Virus record (IMG/VR): IMGVR_UViG_3300027708_000002 | DNA: 20,000 nt | DNA from: an uncultured virus (IMG/VR IMGVR_UViG_3300027708_000002) | Lineage: Duplodnaviria; Heunggongvirae; Uroviricota; Caudoviricetes | Direction: 5' to 3' (one strand) | Part shown: positions 1-8,542 of the stretch, one piece after another | How positions within the stretch are numbered: position 1 is the stretch's first letter | Layout: the number at the start of each line of letters is the position of its first letter | The notes under the pieces: model-generated | Told to the model about the DNA's origin: nothing | Databases searched by the model: none | The model's input: the letters and a program-made list of their open reading frames with translations, nothing else | Made by a program: the position numbers and the translations under genes

Positions 1-2
1 TA

Positions 3-254
3 GATCAGCTTGAATCTAAGTTAGATGAACACATCGAGAAAACAGACAAGCGACTAGATGCGCTGGGGGAGGCCTTTCCTAACAGCGACGCTATGGGGCA
101 CAAAAGTTACCATGACCGGCTAATGCAGGAACGTATCCGACGCGCTGATTTTTACAACAAACTCAAGCTTGACGTTGTAAAATGGGCTACTATGGGAACT
201 CTGGGCTGGGCTGCATACGCCCTTTGGGCGGCATTTTTAAAGGGGCCAAAATAA
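3..254 (+). CDS. 5'-truncated small membrane protein upstream of the lysis genes (holin/antiholin-like, one C-terminal TM segment)
   Basis: Not in the ORF track. Frame 3 is open from the window edge: DQLESKLDEHIEKTDKRLDALGEAFPNSDAMGHKSYHDRLMQERIRRADFYNKLKLDVVKWATMGTLGWAAYALWAAFLKGPK*. It has a coiled N-terminal part and a hydrophobic C-terminal helix. Stop TAA 252-254 overlaps the next ATG (TAATG). Confidence 0.75.
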   Translation, partial: DQLESKLDEHIEKTDKRLDALGEAFPNSDAMGHKSYHDRLMQERIRRADFYNKLKLDVVKWATMGTLGWAAYALWAAFLKGPK

Positions 255-664
255 TGTTTGGATTAGACGCACTGTTGAATATAGGTGGAAAGCTTATTGA
301 CAAACTGATTCCTGACCCAGAGCAGAAGGCCAAAGCCCAGCTAGACTTAGCCAAAATGGCGCAAGACGGTGAGCTAGCTAAGATGGCTAACGATACAAAA
401 TTGTTTGAAGTAGAGCAAACTAACATCAGCGACCGCTGGAAAGCGGATATGTCCTCGGACTCTTGGCTGTCGAAAAACATTAGGCCTATGGCTCTCATAG
501 CCATCTTTGTAGCTTACTTTGTGTTCACTATGATGAGCGCGTTTGGTTACAACGCACAAGAATCCTATGTGCAGTTGCTAGGCCAGTGGGGCCAGATTAT
601 TTTCCTAGCGTATTTTGGTGGTCGCACCGTAGAGAAGCTCGCAGATATGCGCGGTAAGAAATGA
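254..664 (+). CDS. Putative holin, 3TM (GTA-holin-like) family, 136 aa
   Basis: Start re-assigned from 182 to ATG 254 (TAATG coupling, AAGGGG SD at 240-245). Motifs IDKLIPDP..KAKAQL and RWKADMSSDSWLSKNIRP, two hydrophobic helices and AYFGGRTVEK at the C-terminus. Directly upstream of the endolysin. Confidence 0.75.
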   Translation: MFGLDALLNIGGKLIDKLIPDPEQKAKAQLDLAKMAQDGELAKMANDTKLFEVEQTNISDRWKADMSSDSWLSKNIRPMALIAIFVAYFVFTMMSAFGYNAQESYVQLLGQWGQIIFLAYFGGRTVEKLADMRGKK

Positions 665-1128
665 ATCTAAGCCATAACTTCACCTTTGAAGAACTAACCC
701 ACACTGACCACCGTGAGTTGGACAACACACCGACAGACAAAGAGGTGTGTATCATTGAGGGGCATGAGGTGGCTGTCGATGCCATAGCTAACCTCTCTCG
801 TCTAGCAGAGTTTTTGGAGCACATTAAAGCGCTTCTCGGTGGCAGACCTATTATGGTAAATAGCGCGTTTCGTTCAGAGGCGGTCAACGCTGCCGTAGGT
901 TCTAAGCGTACTAGCGACCATAGGCGCGGTTGTGCAGCAGATATCAGGGTGCCCAACCTTACTCCTGACCAAGTAATACGCGCCATCATTGACAGCGACT
1001 TGGAATATCAGCAGGTGATTCGCGAGTTTGACAGGTGGACACATGTTTCTATACCTACGTACGCTAATAGTCCTCCTAAGAAATCAGCTCTTATTATTGA
1101 TAAGAACGGCACTCGCCCATTTATCTAG
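661..1128 (+). CDS. Endolysin, peptidase M15A family Zn peptidase
   Basis: LSHNFTFEEL N-terminus, VNSAFRS..VNAAVG, Zn ligands SDH-x6-D (SDHRRGCAADI) and WTHVS. ATGA overlap with the holin stop. Confidence 0.88.
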   Translation: MNLSHNFTFEELTHTDHRELDNTPTDKEVCIIEGHEVAVDAIANLSRLAEFLEHIKALLGGRPIMVNSAFRSEAVNAAVGSKRTSDHRRGCAADIRVPNLTPDQVIRAIIDSDLEYQQVIREFDRWTHVSIPTYANSPPKKSALIIDKNGTRPFI

Positions 1129-1138
1129 GGGGAAAACC

Positions 1139-3256
1139 GTGCCCTTAAAAAAGATCAGCCTCAAACCCGGGGTCAACAGAGAAAACACTCGATACACCAA
1201 CGAAAATGGTTGGTACGACTCCGACAAGATACGGTTCCGTCAAGGAACACCTGAAAAGATTGGTGGCTGGCAGCAAATATCTGCGGCTACTTTTCTTGGG
1301 ACTTGCCGGTCTCTTTGGACATGGATAACTCTTGGTGCCCAAAAGTTGATTGGTGTTGGCACCAATGTTAAGTTCTACATCTCGAATGGTGGGCAGTACT
1401 ACTGCCAAACGCCGTTTGAAAAAGTTAACCTATTAGGCACTAATCCGTTTACAACAGACGTTGGATCCAACCAGACTAGTAGTGCGGGGCCGTACACCAT
1501 AGTTACCGTCACTGACGCAACAAGCGGCGCTAAGTTAAATAACTATGTTGACATATACAACGCACCTACTGTCAATAACGTGGTGCTTAATGGTAGTTTT
1601 TTAATTACTTTCACTGGCCCCGGCTACTACAAAATTTTGGTAAAAGGTACAGCGGCCGCATCTGGCGCTGGCGGGGGCACTGGGGTGTATGTTTTCTATG
1701 AGATTGATACCGGCCCTGAGTTTGCTGTCCCCCTAACTGGCTGGGGTGCGGGTGGTTGGGGCACTGGTACTTGGGGCGTAGGCACTACTGGGGTTGACCC
1801 ACTGCGCGTATGGAGCCAGTCTAACTTTGGCGAGAATTTAATTTTTGGCCCTCGCGGCGGCGGTATTTACTACTGGAACGCTAGTGTTGGCTATCGCCCT
1901 TCCGCAGCTACTGTTACTATTGCTAGCCCAGCGGTAGTCACTTTTGCCTCTGCGTTACCTGATGGAACTGCGGTTCAACTTTTGACTACGGGCAAATTGC
2001 CTATAGGCTTAGTTCCCGGCACGGTATATTACGTAGTCGGTGCCTCCGGTATAACTTGTAAGCTCGCGGCTACGCCGGGCGGCACGCCAATCAACACATC
2101 GGGTACACAGTCGGGTACACACTATTTATCATCCCACGGAATTAACGCAAGTAAGCTTGCTGGCGCTACAAGCGTTCCTATTAAGCAGAACTACATTATT
2201 GTTTCTGACATCAGCCGTTTTGTGTTTGTTCTAGGCTGTACTGAGTATGGATCAACATTGTTTGACCCTATGCTCATTCGCTGGGCGGATCAAGAGTCTG
2301 TAACCGACTGGGCACCAACAGCCACAAACCAAGCTGGTTTCTTGCGCCTTTCTCATGGCGCTCAAATCGTTACGGCTGTTCAATCTCGCCAAGAACTTTT
2401 GGTGTGGACAGACTCATCGCTTTACTCCTTGCAGTACGTAGGCGCGCCTATTATTTGGAAGGCCGACATTGTTGGCGACAACATTTCTGTTGCAGGGCAG
2501 AATGCTATTTCTTTTGCTAACGGTGTGTCTTACTGGATGGGTGTAGATAAGTTCTACAAATACGATGGGCGCACCCAGACTTTGAGTTGCGACTTGCGAC
2601 AGTACATCTTTGGTGATATCAACACCTCTCAGCTTGACCAAGTGTATTCTGGTACGAACGAAGGATTTAACGAGGTCTGGTGGTTCTATTGTTCAAAAGA
2701 CTCGACAAGAGTCGACCGTTATGCAGTCTACAACTACCTTGAGAATGTTTGGTACTACGGCACGATGGGGCGTACGGCTTGGCTTGATTCTGGTTTAAGG
2801 AGCCTACCCCTTGCTGCTACGTATGCAAATAATTTAGTCGATCATGAAGTAGGTTACGATGACAACACCTCTGGCACCCCTCAGCCAATACCAGCTTTTA
2901 TTACTTCTGCTGAGTTTGACATCGATGATGGTGACCACTTTATGTTTATTCGTCGTATTTTGCCGGACGTAACGTTTAGAGGTTCTACTACAGAAAACCC
3001 ATCTATTAGTATGACGCTGTACCCACTAGCAAACTCAGGTTCTGGATACAACGACCCACCTACTGAGGGGGGTGTAAATTACGCTACCATAACCCGCACT
3101 GCTGAGGTTCCTGTGGAAAAGTTTACAGGGCAGGTATTTGTACGTATACGCGGACGTCAAATGGCTATAAAAGTAGCATCAACTGATCTTGGCGTCTCGT
3201 GGCAACTCGGGTCTCCACGCTTAGATATGCGTCCTGATGGGTTTAGAGGCACCTGA
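1139..3256 (+). CDS. Tail/head-stabilisation (nozzle-like, probably beta-propeller) virion protein, ~705 aa
   Basis: Start re-assigned to GTG 1139 (AGGGGG SD just upstream; avoids a 100-nt overlap with the endolysin). N-terminal PGVNRENT..GWYDSDKIRFR.G.PEKIGGW, GWG repeats, IRWADQE, FNEVWWFY, RTAWLD and C-terminal RIRGRQ..WQLG..RLDMRPDG are typical of podovirus-type tail stabilisation proteins. Confidence 0.75.
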   Translation: MPLKKISLKPGVNRENTRYTNENGWYDSDKIRFRQGTPEKIGGWQQISAATFLGTCRSLWTWITLGAQKLIGVGTNVKFYISNGGQYYCQTPFEKVNLLGTNPFTTDVGSNQTSSAGPYTIVTVTDATSGAKLNNYVDIYNAPTVNNVVLNGSFLITFTGPGYYKILVKGTAAASGAGGGTGVYVFYEIDTGPEFAVPLTGWGAGGWGTGTWGVGTTGVDPLRVWSQSNFGENLIFGPRGGGIYYWNASVGYRPSAATVTIASPAVVTFASALPDGTAVQLLTTGKLPIGLVPGTVYYVVGASGITCKLAATPGGTPINTSGTQSGTHYLSSHGINASKLAGATSVPIKQNYIIVSDISRFVFVLGCTEYGSTLFDPMLIRWADQESVTDWAPTATNQAGFLRLSHGAQIVTAVQSRQELLVWTDSSLYSLQYVGAPIIWKADIVGDNISVAGQNAISFANGVSYWMGVDKFYKYDGRTQTLSCDLRQYIFGDINTSQLDQVYSGTNEGFNEVWWFYCSKDSTRVDRYAVYNYLENVWYYGTMGRTAWLDSGLRSLPLAATYANNLVDHEVGYDDNTSGTPQPIPAFITSAEFDIDDGDHFMFIRRILPDVTFRGSTTENPSISMTLYPLANSGSGYNDPPTEGGVNYATITRTAEVPVEKFTGQVFVRIRGRQMAIKVASTDLGVSWQLGSPRLDMRPDGFRGT

Positions 3257-3567
3257 TGAAAAATTATGTCAATCAAGTAGTTCCCCCAGCTTTACCATTA
3301 GCACGGGATGAATACGAGCGTGCATACCAAGATCAGCTTAACAACGTCTTACGTTTGTACTTTGTGCAGCTAAACGCTATTGTTAATGCGTTACATATCC
3401 CCACTACGTATATAGTAGCAGACTTACCAAGCGCGGCTGGCCTTGGAGTAGGGGCTAGGTCTTTTGCAACTGATGCAACTGGCCCTACGTTTGGCTCTAT
3501 AGTTGTAGGCGGTGGATCGACTAAAGTACCTGTATATTCAGACGGAACCAATTGGAGAGTGGGATGA
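3256..3567 (+). CDS. Small virion-associated protein (103 aa)
   Basis: TGATG coupling to the tail gene. N-terminal PPALPLA..EY...YQDQLNNVLRLYF helix and a C-terminal LPSA..A.D..VYSDGTNWR beta module of the kind seen in phage fibre/decoration proteins. Confidence 0.7.
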   Translation: MKNYVNQVVPPALPLARDEYERAYQDQLNNVLRLYFVQLNAIVNALHIPTTYIVADLPSAAGLGVGARSFATDATGPTFGSIVVGGGSTKVPVYSDGTNWRVG

Positions 3568-4028
3568 AGCCGCATCACGTTAACAGCAAACAGCACATGC
3601 TGTCTAACAACGACATATTGTTAGTAGCTGCTCACGATCACCCAGAGGTTGCGGAGCAAGCGTACAAGAAAGCGGGAAGTCCACCACAAGCTACGCCAGA
3701 GTTGTTGTTGTATACGATCTTTAATCAGTTGTTTGTACAACCAAATGTCATTAGATTGCGGGAGGGCAACACGCTTGCCACATTAACTCCAGCGGAAAAC
3801 GAAGAGGCGCTCTTCCTAATGTTTGATGCAGACAGCCCAAACAACACTGTAAACAACATTGCACAGTGCATTGAAGCAGCGCGAAAGATGGGGTTTAAAA
3901 AGCTATTCGCACAATCTGACAAGCCTATAGTTAACAAGATGGTTCAAAGAGCCGTTGGAAAACTTAAAGGTAAGCACTCTTTTGTGATTAGGGGCAAATC
4001 CATGGTATTGGAGTTTGCAAATGTGTAA
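3564..4028 (+). CDS. Hypothetical protein, possibly GNAT-like positional equivalent of T7 gp13 (154 aa)
   Basis: ATG 3564 overlaps the upstream stop (ATGA). Alpha/beta pattern (..EAARKMGFKKLFAQ..). Lies between the tail genes and an 'MC'-starting internal virion gene. The CDS is well supported; the function is inferred from synteny only. Confidence 0.6.
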   Translation: MKPHHVNSKQHMLSNNDILLVAAHDHPEVAEQAYKKAGSPPQATPELLLYTIFNQLFVQPNVIRLREGNTLATLTPAENEEALFLMFDADSPNNTVNNIAQCIEAARKMGFKKLFAQSDKPIVNKMVQRAVGKLKGKHSFVIRGKSMVLEFANV

Positions 4029-6618
4029 TCCACTTGAAGCGGTATCGAACGCTGTATCGCAAGCTTGGAACACAGTCACGGGGACTATTAGCCAAATCAT
4101 TAGCAACCCCCTGCCAGTCATCACAATGGCGGCAGCGACATGGGCGCTTGGGCCATCGGGCGCAGGATTAGTTTCTGCCGCCACTGCGCCAGTTTTAGCA
4201 GCGGGAACCATCACTGCGATTCAGGGCGGGAACATTGGACAGATCGCCAAAAATTCCTTATTGGCTTATGGAGCCAATAACTTTGCGGGCCCCACTGGTA
4301 TTGGAGATGTGACTAGCTATGTGGGTTCGCAAATAGGCGGAACTGCTGGGGCTATGACTACGGCTGGATTGAACAATGCGTTCTTTAATTCCACAGTTGC
4401 GGCGGTGGGCGGGGGAAATATAGCGCATGCGTTTGGCACTGGGTTTGTAGGAGGTGCTGCCGGTTCCCTCGCTAACACTGCATTCACCTCGGACACGGGG
4501 AAAAGTTTTTTTGGGGATATGCAAAGCACATTTGGCTTAAGCAATACCCAAATGAAGTACATCCAAGGCGCGACTTTAGCGACTTCTACGGCTGCTTTAT
4601 CTGGACAAGATCCAACAAGGGCCTTGGGAAATTACATTGCACAAAACATTTCCAACTATGGCAAAAAAGAATTCAATGAGTTCCTCGACTCCGCAAAGAA
4701 GTCATATCAAAATCTAGACTCTAGTAGCAGTAGTTTAAAAACTTCCCAAGGAAATTACGAAGCGATTAAGTCTCAATACGATAGCCAGTTATCTACCGCA
4801 GAACAACTGCGTACGTCCATTAATGCAGGCAATGCGGAAATGAAGGATGTTATAGATAACAACTATACGCCATTTAAAAATAACTATGATACAGCAATTG
4901 GATACATAAACGAGGCCAAAGGAAATTACGACGCTTGGAAATCATCGTACGATGTCTGGATGGAATATTATAATCGCTATGCCCCGCTGAACTTTCCGGG
5001 CAAAAACGAATACATGAATATGCTTGTGAATGGTATTAATGATCACATAAGAGTGTGTAACGAACAAGCAACTTACATACAAAACACAACTGCGTATGCT
5101 AATAAGTTATATGAAGATAACAAGCCTACAATTGATTATCTTAATAGTAAAAAAGCAGAAATAGAGCAGCAAGTTTCACGGTTTCAATCAATTAAGACTG
5201 ACATCGAATCACCAAATGGTTCAAATTTGGCTTCACAGCTTCTTAACGCATCGAACGATCTTCAGGCAAAATTTGATCAATTTACCGCTGCAAAACAGAG
5301 CGTAGACAATATATCAAGCCAATACGTCACTAAGCTAGCTGACATTGGGGGCCATGAAGCAGAAGCTCAGCAACAAGCAGAAGCCCAAAGACAAGCTGAA
5401 GAGGCTCAACGACAAGCAGAAGCTCAAAGACAAGCTGAGGCGGAAGCAGCTAGACAAGCGGAAGAAGCCCGTGCTGCCGCCCAAGCTGAAGCTGACCGAC
5501 AGGCTGAATTAGCACGCACGCAACATGATGCAGAAGAAAGAGCCAAGGCAGAAGAACTCCGTAGAATAGCCCAAGAAGAGGCTGATAAACATGCAGAGAT
5601 TGTCCGACAAGCTGAAGAAGCTCAACGACAAGCTGAGGCCCAAAGGCAAGCTGAAGAAGCCCAAAAGCAAGCTGAAGAAGCCCAAAGGCAAGCTGAAGAA
5701 GCCCAAAGGCAAGCTGAAGCCCAAAAACAAGCTGAAGCCCAGAAGCAGCCAGAGCCCCCTGCCGAGACTGTGCAACCTCCCACTGAGACTGTAGAGCCCC
5801 CTGCCGAGACTGTGCAACCTCCCACTGAGACTGTAGAGCCCCCTGCCGAGACTGTGCAACCGCCCACTGAGACTGTGCAACCTCCCGGCGCTGTATACGA
5901 TGTTAATGATACGGACATAGGGTCTGAAACTGGGTCTGAAACTGTAACAACCAGCCCCGGTGAAGAAGTAATTCCAGAAATACCGGAAGAGACTTGGACT
6001 CCTCCTACAGGGCTCCCCGATGCAAATATATCGACTGGGATTGACAACGAAGGGGCTGATTTGGGGGGTGGCACGGAATTTAATCGTGACCAATTCTATA
6101 GAGACATAGGTATTGATCCAGCCTCCATGAAAGACGAGCCACCTATGTCTCAAGAAGATATAGATGCGATTATTCGGGGGGAAAACGTACCTGTTCATAC
6201 AGCTAATGGCACGGTAAATATATTTGGTGGAAAAGTAGTTACCCCAAAACCCGTAACACCTACGCCTAAGCCAACTACGACTACGCCAACTACGACTACG
6301 CCAACTACGACTACGCCAACTACGACTACGCCAACTACTACGGCACCGGTGCAAAACACCCCAAGGTCAAATGTACTGCTTGCGGCCCTTATGGATAGCT
6401 TAAATCAGGGGCAGGGGCAACAAGTCCAGCAGGGGCAAGGGCAGAACCAAGGTCAACAAGGGCCAAAACCTGCGGACATCAGCTACGTTTTCGACTGGAG
6501 TAGCATTTTTGCTAACCCTGCGCAGGAAAATAGGTTTGTGACTCCATACGCACAAGGTGGTCTTGTTGACGACACTGGTGATATAAACACTGAATTGTTA
6601 AAAATCTTGAGGGGCTAA
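4021..6618 (+). CDS. Internal virion/ejection-like protein with coiled-coil and low-complexity repeats (865 aa)
   Basis: ATG 4021 with GGAG SD at 4010-4013. Starts MCNP and has a Gly/Ala-rich glycine-zipper-like N-terminus, a long coiled coil, QAE/PPTETV/PTTTT/QG repeats and C-terminal YAQGGLV. Confidence 0.7.
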   Translation: MCNPLEAVSNAVSQAWNTVTGTISQIISNPLPVITMAAATWALGPSGAGLVSAATAPVLAAGTITAIQGGNIGQIAKNSLLAYGANNFAGPTGIGDVTSYVGSQIGGTAGAMTTAGLNNAFFNSTVAAVGGGNIAHAFGTGFVGGAAGSLANTAFTSDTGKSFFGDMQSTFGLSNTQMKYIQGATLATSTAALSGQDPTRALGNYIAQNISNYGKKEFNEFLDSAKKSYQNLDSSSSSLKTSQGNYEAIKSQYDSQLSTAEQLRTSINAGNAEMKDVIDNNYTPFKNNYDTAIGYINEAKGNYDAWKSSYDVWMEYYNRYAPLNFPGKNEYMNMLVNGINDHIRVCNEQATYIQNTTAYANKLYEDNKPTIDYLNSKKAEIEQQVSRFQSIKTDIESPNGSNLASQLLNASNDLQAKFDQFTAAKQSVDNISSQYVTKLADIGGHEAEAQQQAEAQRQAEEAQRQAEAQRQAEAEAARQAEEARAAAQAEADRQAELARTQHDAEERAKAEELRRIAQEEADKHAEIVRQAEEAQRQAEAQRQAEEAQKQAEEAQRQAEEAQRQAEAQKQAEAQKQPEPPAETVQPPTETVEPPAETVQPPTETVEPPAETVQPPTETVQPPGAVYDVNDTDIGSETGSETVTTSPGEEVIPEIPEETWTPPTGLPDANISTGIDNEGADLGGGTEFNRDQFYRDIGIDPASMKDEPPMSQEDIDAIIRGENVPVHTANGTVNIFGGKVVTPKPVTPTPKPTTTTPTTTTPTTTTPTTTTPTTTAPVQNTPRSNVLLAALMDSLNQGQGQQVQQGQGQNQGQQGPKPADISYVFDWSSIFANPAQENRFVTPYAQGGLVDDTGDINTELLKILRG
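5371..5748 (+). repeat. Coding repeats QAE(E)AQR/K (18/21-nt units) in two blocks; charged helix/coiled coil
   Basis: Repeated caagctgaagaagcccaaagg / caagctgaagcccaaaaa units, densest at 5608-5748. Confidence 0.9.
5752..5886 (+). repeat. 42-bp tandem repeat, ~3.2 copies (EPPAETVQPPTETV)
   Basis: GAGCCCCCTGCCGAGACTGTGCAACCTCCCACTGAGACTGTA at 5752 and 5794 (identical) and at 5836 (2 substitutions). Each unit is made of two related 21-bp halves. Confidence 0.95.
6271..6342 (+). repeat. 15-bp tandem repeat, 4 perfect copies plus a partial copy (PTTTT)
   Basis: CCAACTACGACTACG at 6271, 6286, 6301 and 6316, followed by CCAACTACTACG. Confidence 0.95.
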
Positions 6619-6620
6619 AA

Positions 6621-7631
6621 ATGGATGTACCAGACTACACAGATTACCCGGGGCTTGACAGCGATACTAGTAATTGGACGCCCATAGCACTACCAAACGG
6701 TTCGTTCATCTACGAAGATAACGGTTCTTATGTTGACAAAAATGGGTATGCAGTAAGTCCCGATGGGTCTTTTCTTTATACCCCGGAAGAACAGGCATTA
6801 ATTGACGCTCAGACCAAAGCGGAAAATCAACTTGGCGGAGTTCCGGGTTCAAGCGCTACAGGTGGTATAGATTTTTCTTCAACCATAAAGAACATAGGCA
6901 CTGATGCCTTTAACGCCGTCAAAAGTTTATACACTAAAAAAGTTAACGGGCAGGATGTAACAGATTGGCGAGCAATTGCTGCTACCGCCGGTGGTTTGTA
7001 TGGCTTATCCCAAAGCCAGAAGCCACAAGATAAAACAGGTTATCTAGGTGGTATCCCTAAGTATGAGGCCGTGCGTGAGCAAGTAGCTAACACTTATGAC
7101 CCTAACCGACGCCCCGGAAGTGCCGCGCAAACCTACTTTACCAATACAAAATATGTTGCACCTGAGAACACTGGTGCCGCACGCGCCGCTGCCGTAGGGG
7201 AAGCCGCTGGTTTAGAAGCCCTAAACAAAGCCAATCCGGCACAACAATCGCGCCCGGTTCTACAAGCTGGTGCGCTTCAAACGCAGCCTACGTCGTTGGT
7301 AGCTGGAGATGCGCCTGTGCCACAGTACGCTGCCGGAGGTATTGCTGGGCTACCCAAGAGCGGAGCCAAAGCATCACAAGGTCGATATTTAAGTGGTGAA
7401 ACCGATGGTATGGCTGATAAAATACCGGCAAAGATTGACGGTAAACAAGAAGCTAAGTTAAGTCACGGGGAGTTTGTTATTCCAGCGGACGTAGTTGGGC
7501 ACCTTGGTAACGGCAATTCCGAAGCTGGCGCAAAGCGCCTTTACGAAATGATGGATCGAATTAGGCATGCTCGCACGGGTACAACCAAACAAGGCAAGCA
7601 AATTAACTCCGACAAATTTTTACCCAAGTGA
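6621..7631 (+). CDS. Internal virion protein with a C-terminal 'D.IPA..LS.GEFVI' domain (336 aa)
   Basis: GAGGGG SD. YAAGGIAGL followed by GRYLSGETDGMADKIPAKIDGKQEAKLSHGEFVIPADVV, which resembles the C-terminal motif of many tape-measure/ejection proteins. Confidence 0.7.
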   Translation: MDVPDYTDYPGLDSDTSNWTPIALPNGSFIYEDNGSYVDKNGYAVSPDGSFLYTPEEQALIDAQTKAENQLGGVPGSSATGGIDFSSTIKNIGTDAFNAVKSLYTKKVNGQDVTDWRAIAATAGGLYGLSQSQKPQDKTGYLGGIPKYEAVREQVANTYDPNRRPGSAAQTYFTNTKYVAPENTGAARAAAVGEAAGLEALNKANPAQQSRPVLQAGALQTQPTSLVAGDAPVPQYAAGGIAGLPKSGAKASQGRYLSGETDGMADKIPAKIDGKQEAKLSHGEFVIPADVVGHLGNGNSEAGAKRLYEMMDRIRHARTGTTKQGKQINSDKFLPK

Positions 7632-7639
7632 GGTAGTAC

Positions 7640-8533
7640 ATGACAAACCCCGCAGCACCTAGAGTTTCCGATTCCGCCGCCCAAACTGGGGTCGGGTTAA
7701 ATACCGGAACCGAGTCATCCCTATCTAATTGGGCTGGGCCGTATGTAACGGACATGCTGGGTAAAGGGCAAGCCCTGTCTAACCAAGGGTATCAAGCTTA
7801 CGGTGGCCCCCTGACTGCTGGTTCGTCCGCCTTACAGAATACGGCGTTTCAAGGGATTGCTGGGTTGGCGGTACCTACTGACCAGATGGGTGCATTTAAC
7901 CCGCAGTCGTTTACTGGGGACGGCACTGCACAAAAGTACATGAATCCGTACTTGCAGATGGCACTTGACCCACAGATGGCAGAATTACAACGGCAGAATG
8001 ACATCGCCAATATGAAAACCAACTCCCAGTTCACGCAAGCTGGTGGTTTTGGTGGGGGTCGTCAGGCTGTGGCAAACACTGAAAATCAGCGCAACATGCT
8101 CCAGCAAATGAACACTACCTTGGGTCAAGGCTACTCCACTGCATACGACAAAGCTGCGCAGCAGTTCAATACTGAGCAAGGCCGTGGGCAGTCCGCACAG
8201 GATGCCGCTAACGCTTATGGTCTGAGTGCACTTCAGAAACAAGCTGATCTTGGTCAAACGCAACGTGATATTGAACAGCAAGGCATTACCGCAGATGTCA
8301 ATGAGTTCAACACCCAGCGTGAGTACCCGTACAAGCAAGTGCAGTACCAGCAATCGTTACTGCAAGGGTTGCCACTTCAGTCCCAAACCTACTCATACTC
8401 ACAACCCAGCGCACTATCGCAAGTCCTTGGGCAAAGTGGCGGTATTATGGACTTGTACGACCGAATTTTTGGTTCGAGCAATACAACATCCTCGGGTACA
8501 ACAGGCACAGGCACAGGCACAACCGCGAAATAA
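7640..8533 (+). CDS. DNA pilot/ejection-like protein, Q/A/G-rich (297 aa)
   Basis: GAGG SD. YQAYGGPLTAG, KYMNPY, AGGFGGGRQAV and EYPYKQVQY motifs are typical of Q/G-rich phage ejection proteins. Confidence 0.7.
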   Translation: MTNPAAPRVSDSAAQTGVGLNTGTESSLSNWAGPYVTDMLGKGQALSNQGYQAYGGPLTAGSSALQNTAFQGIAGLAVPTDQMGAFNPQSFTGDGTAQKYMNPYLQMALDPQMAELQRQNDIANMKTNSQFTQAGGFGGGRQAVANTENQRNMLQQMNTTLGQGYSTAYDKAAQQFNTEQGRGQSAQDAANAYGLSALQKQADLGQTQRDIEQQGITADVNEFNTQREYPYKQVQYQQSLLQGLPLQSQTYSYSQPSALSQVLGQSGGIMDLYDRIFGSSNTTSSGTTGTGTGTTAK

Positions 8534-8542
8534 GGACACGAC

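Noticed and set aside
182..253. ORF-track N-terminal extension of the holin
   Set aside because: It overlaps the real upstream frame-3 gene; ATG 254 has an SD and stop-start coupling.
1028..1138. ORF-track N-terminal extension of the tail protein
   Set aside because: It lies inside the endolysin; GTG 1139 has an SD and gives the family-typical N-terminus.
5752..6342. Tandem arrays as a possible CRISPR array or iteron origin
   Set aside because: There are no unique spacers and no cas genes; the units are in-frame coding repeats.
5509..6354. Antisense and alternate-frame ORFs over the repeats (281, 150 and 67 aa)
   Set aside because: They are open only because the repeat units lack stop codons, and the products are shadows of the repeats.
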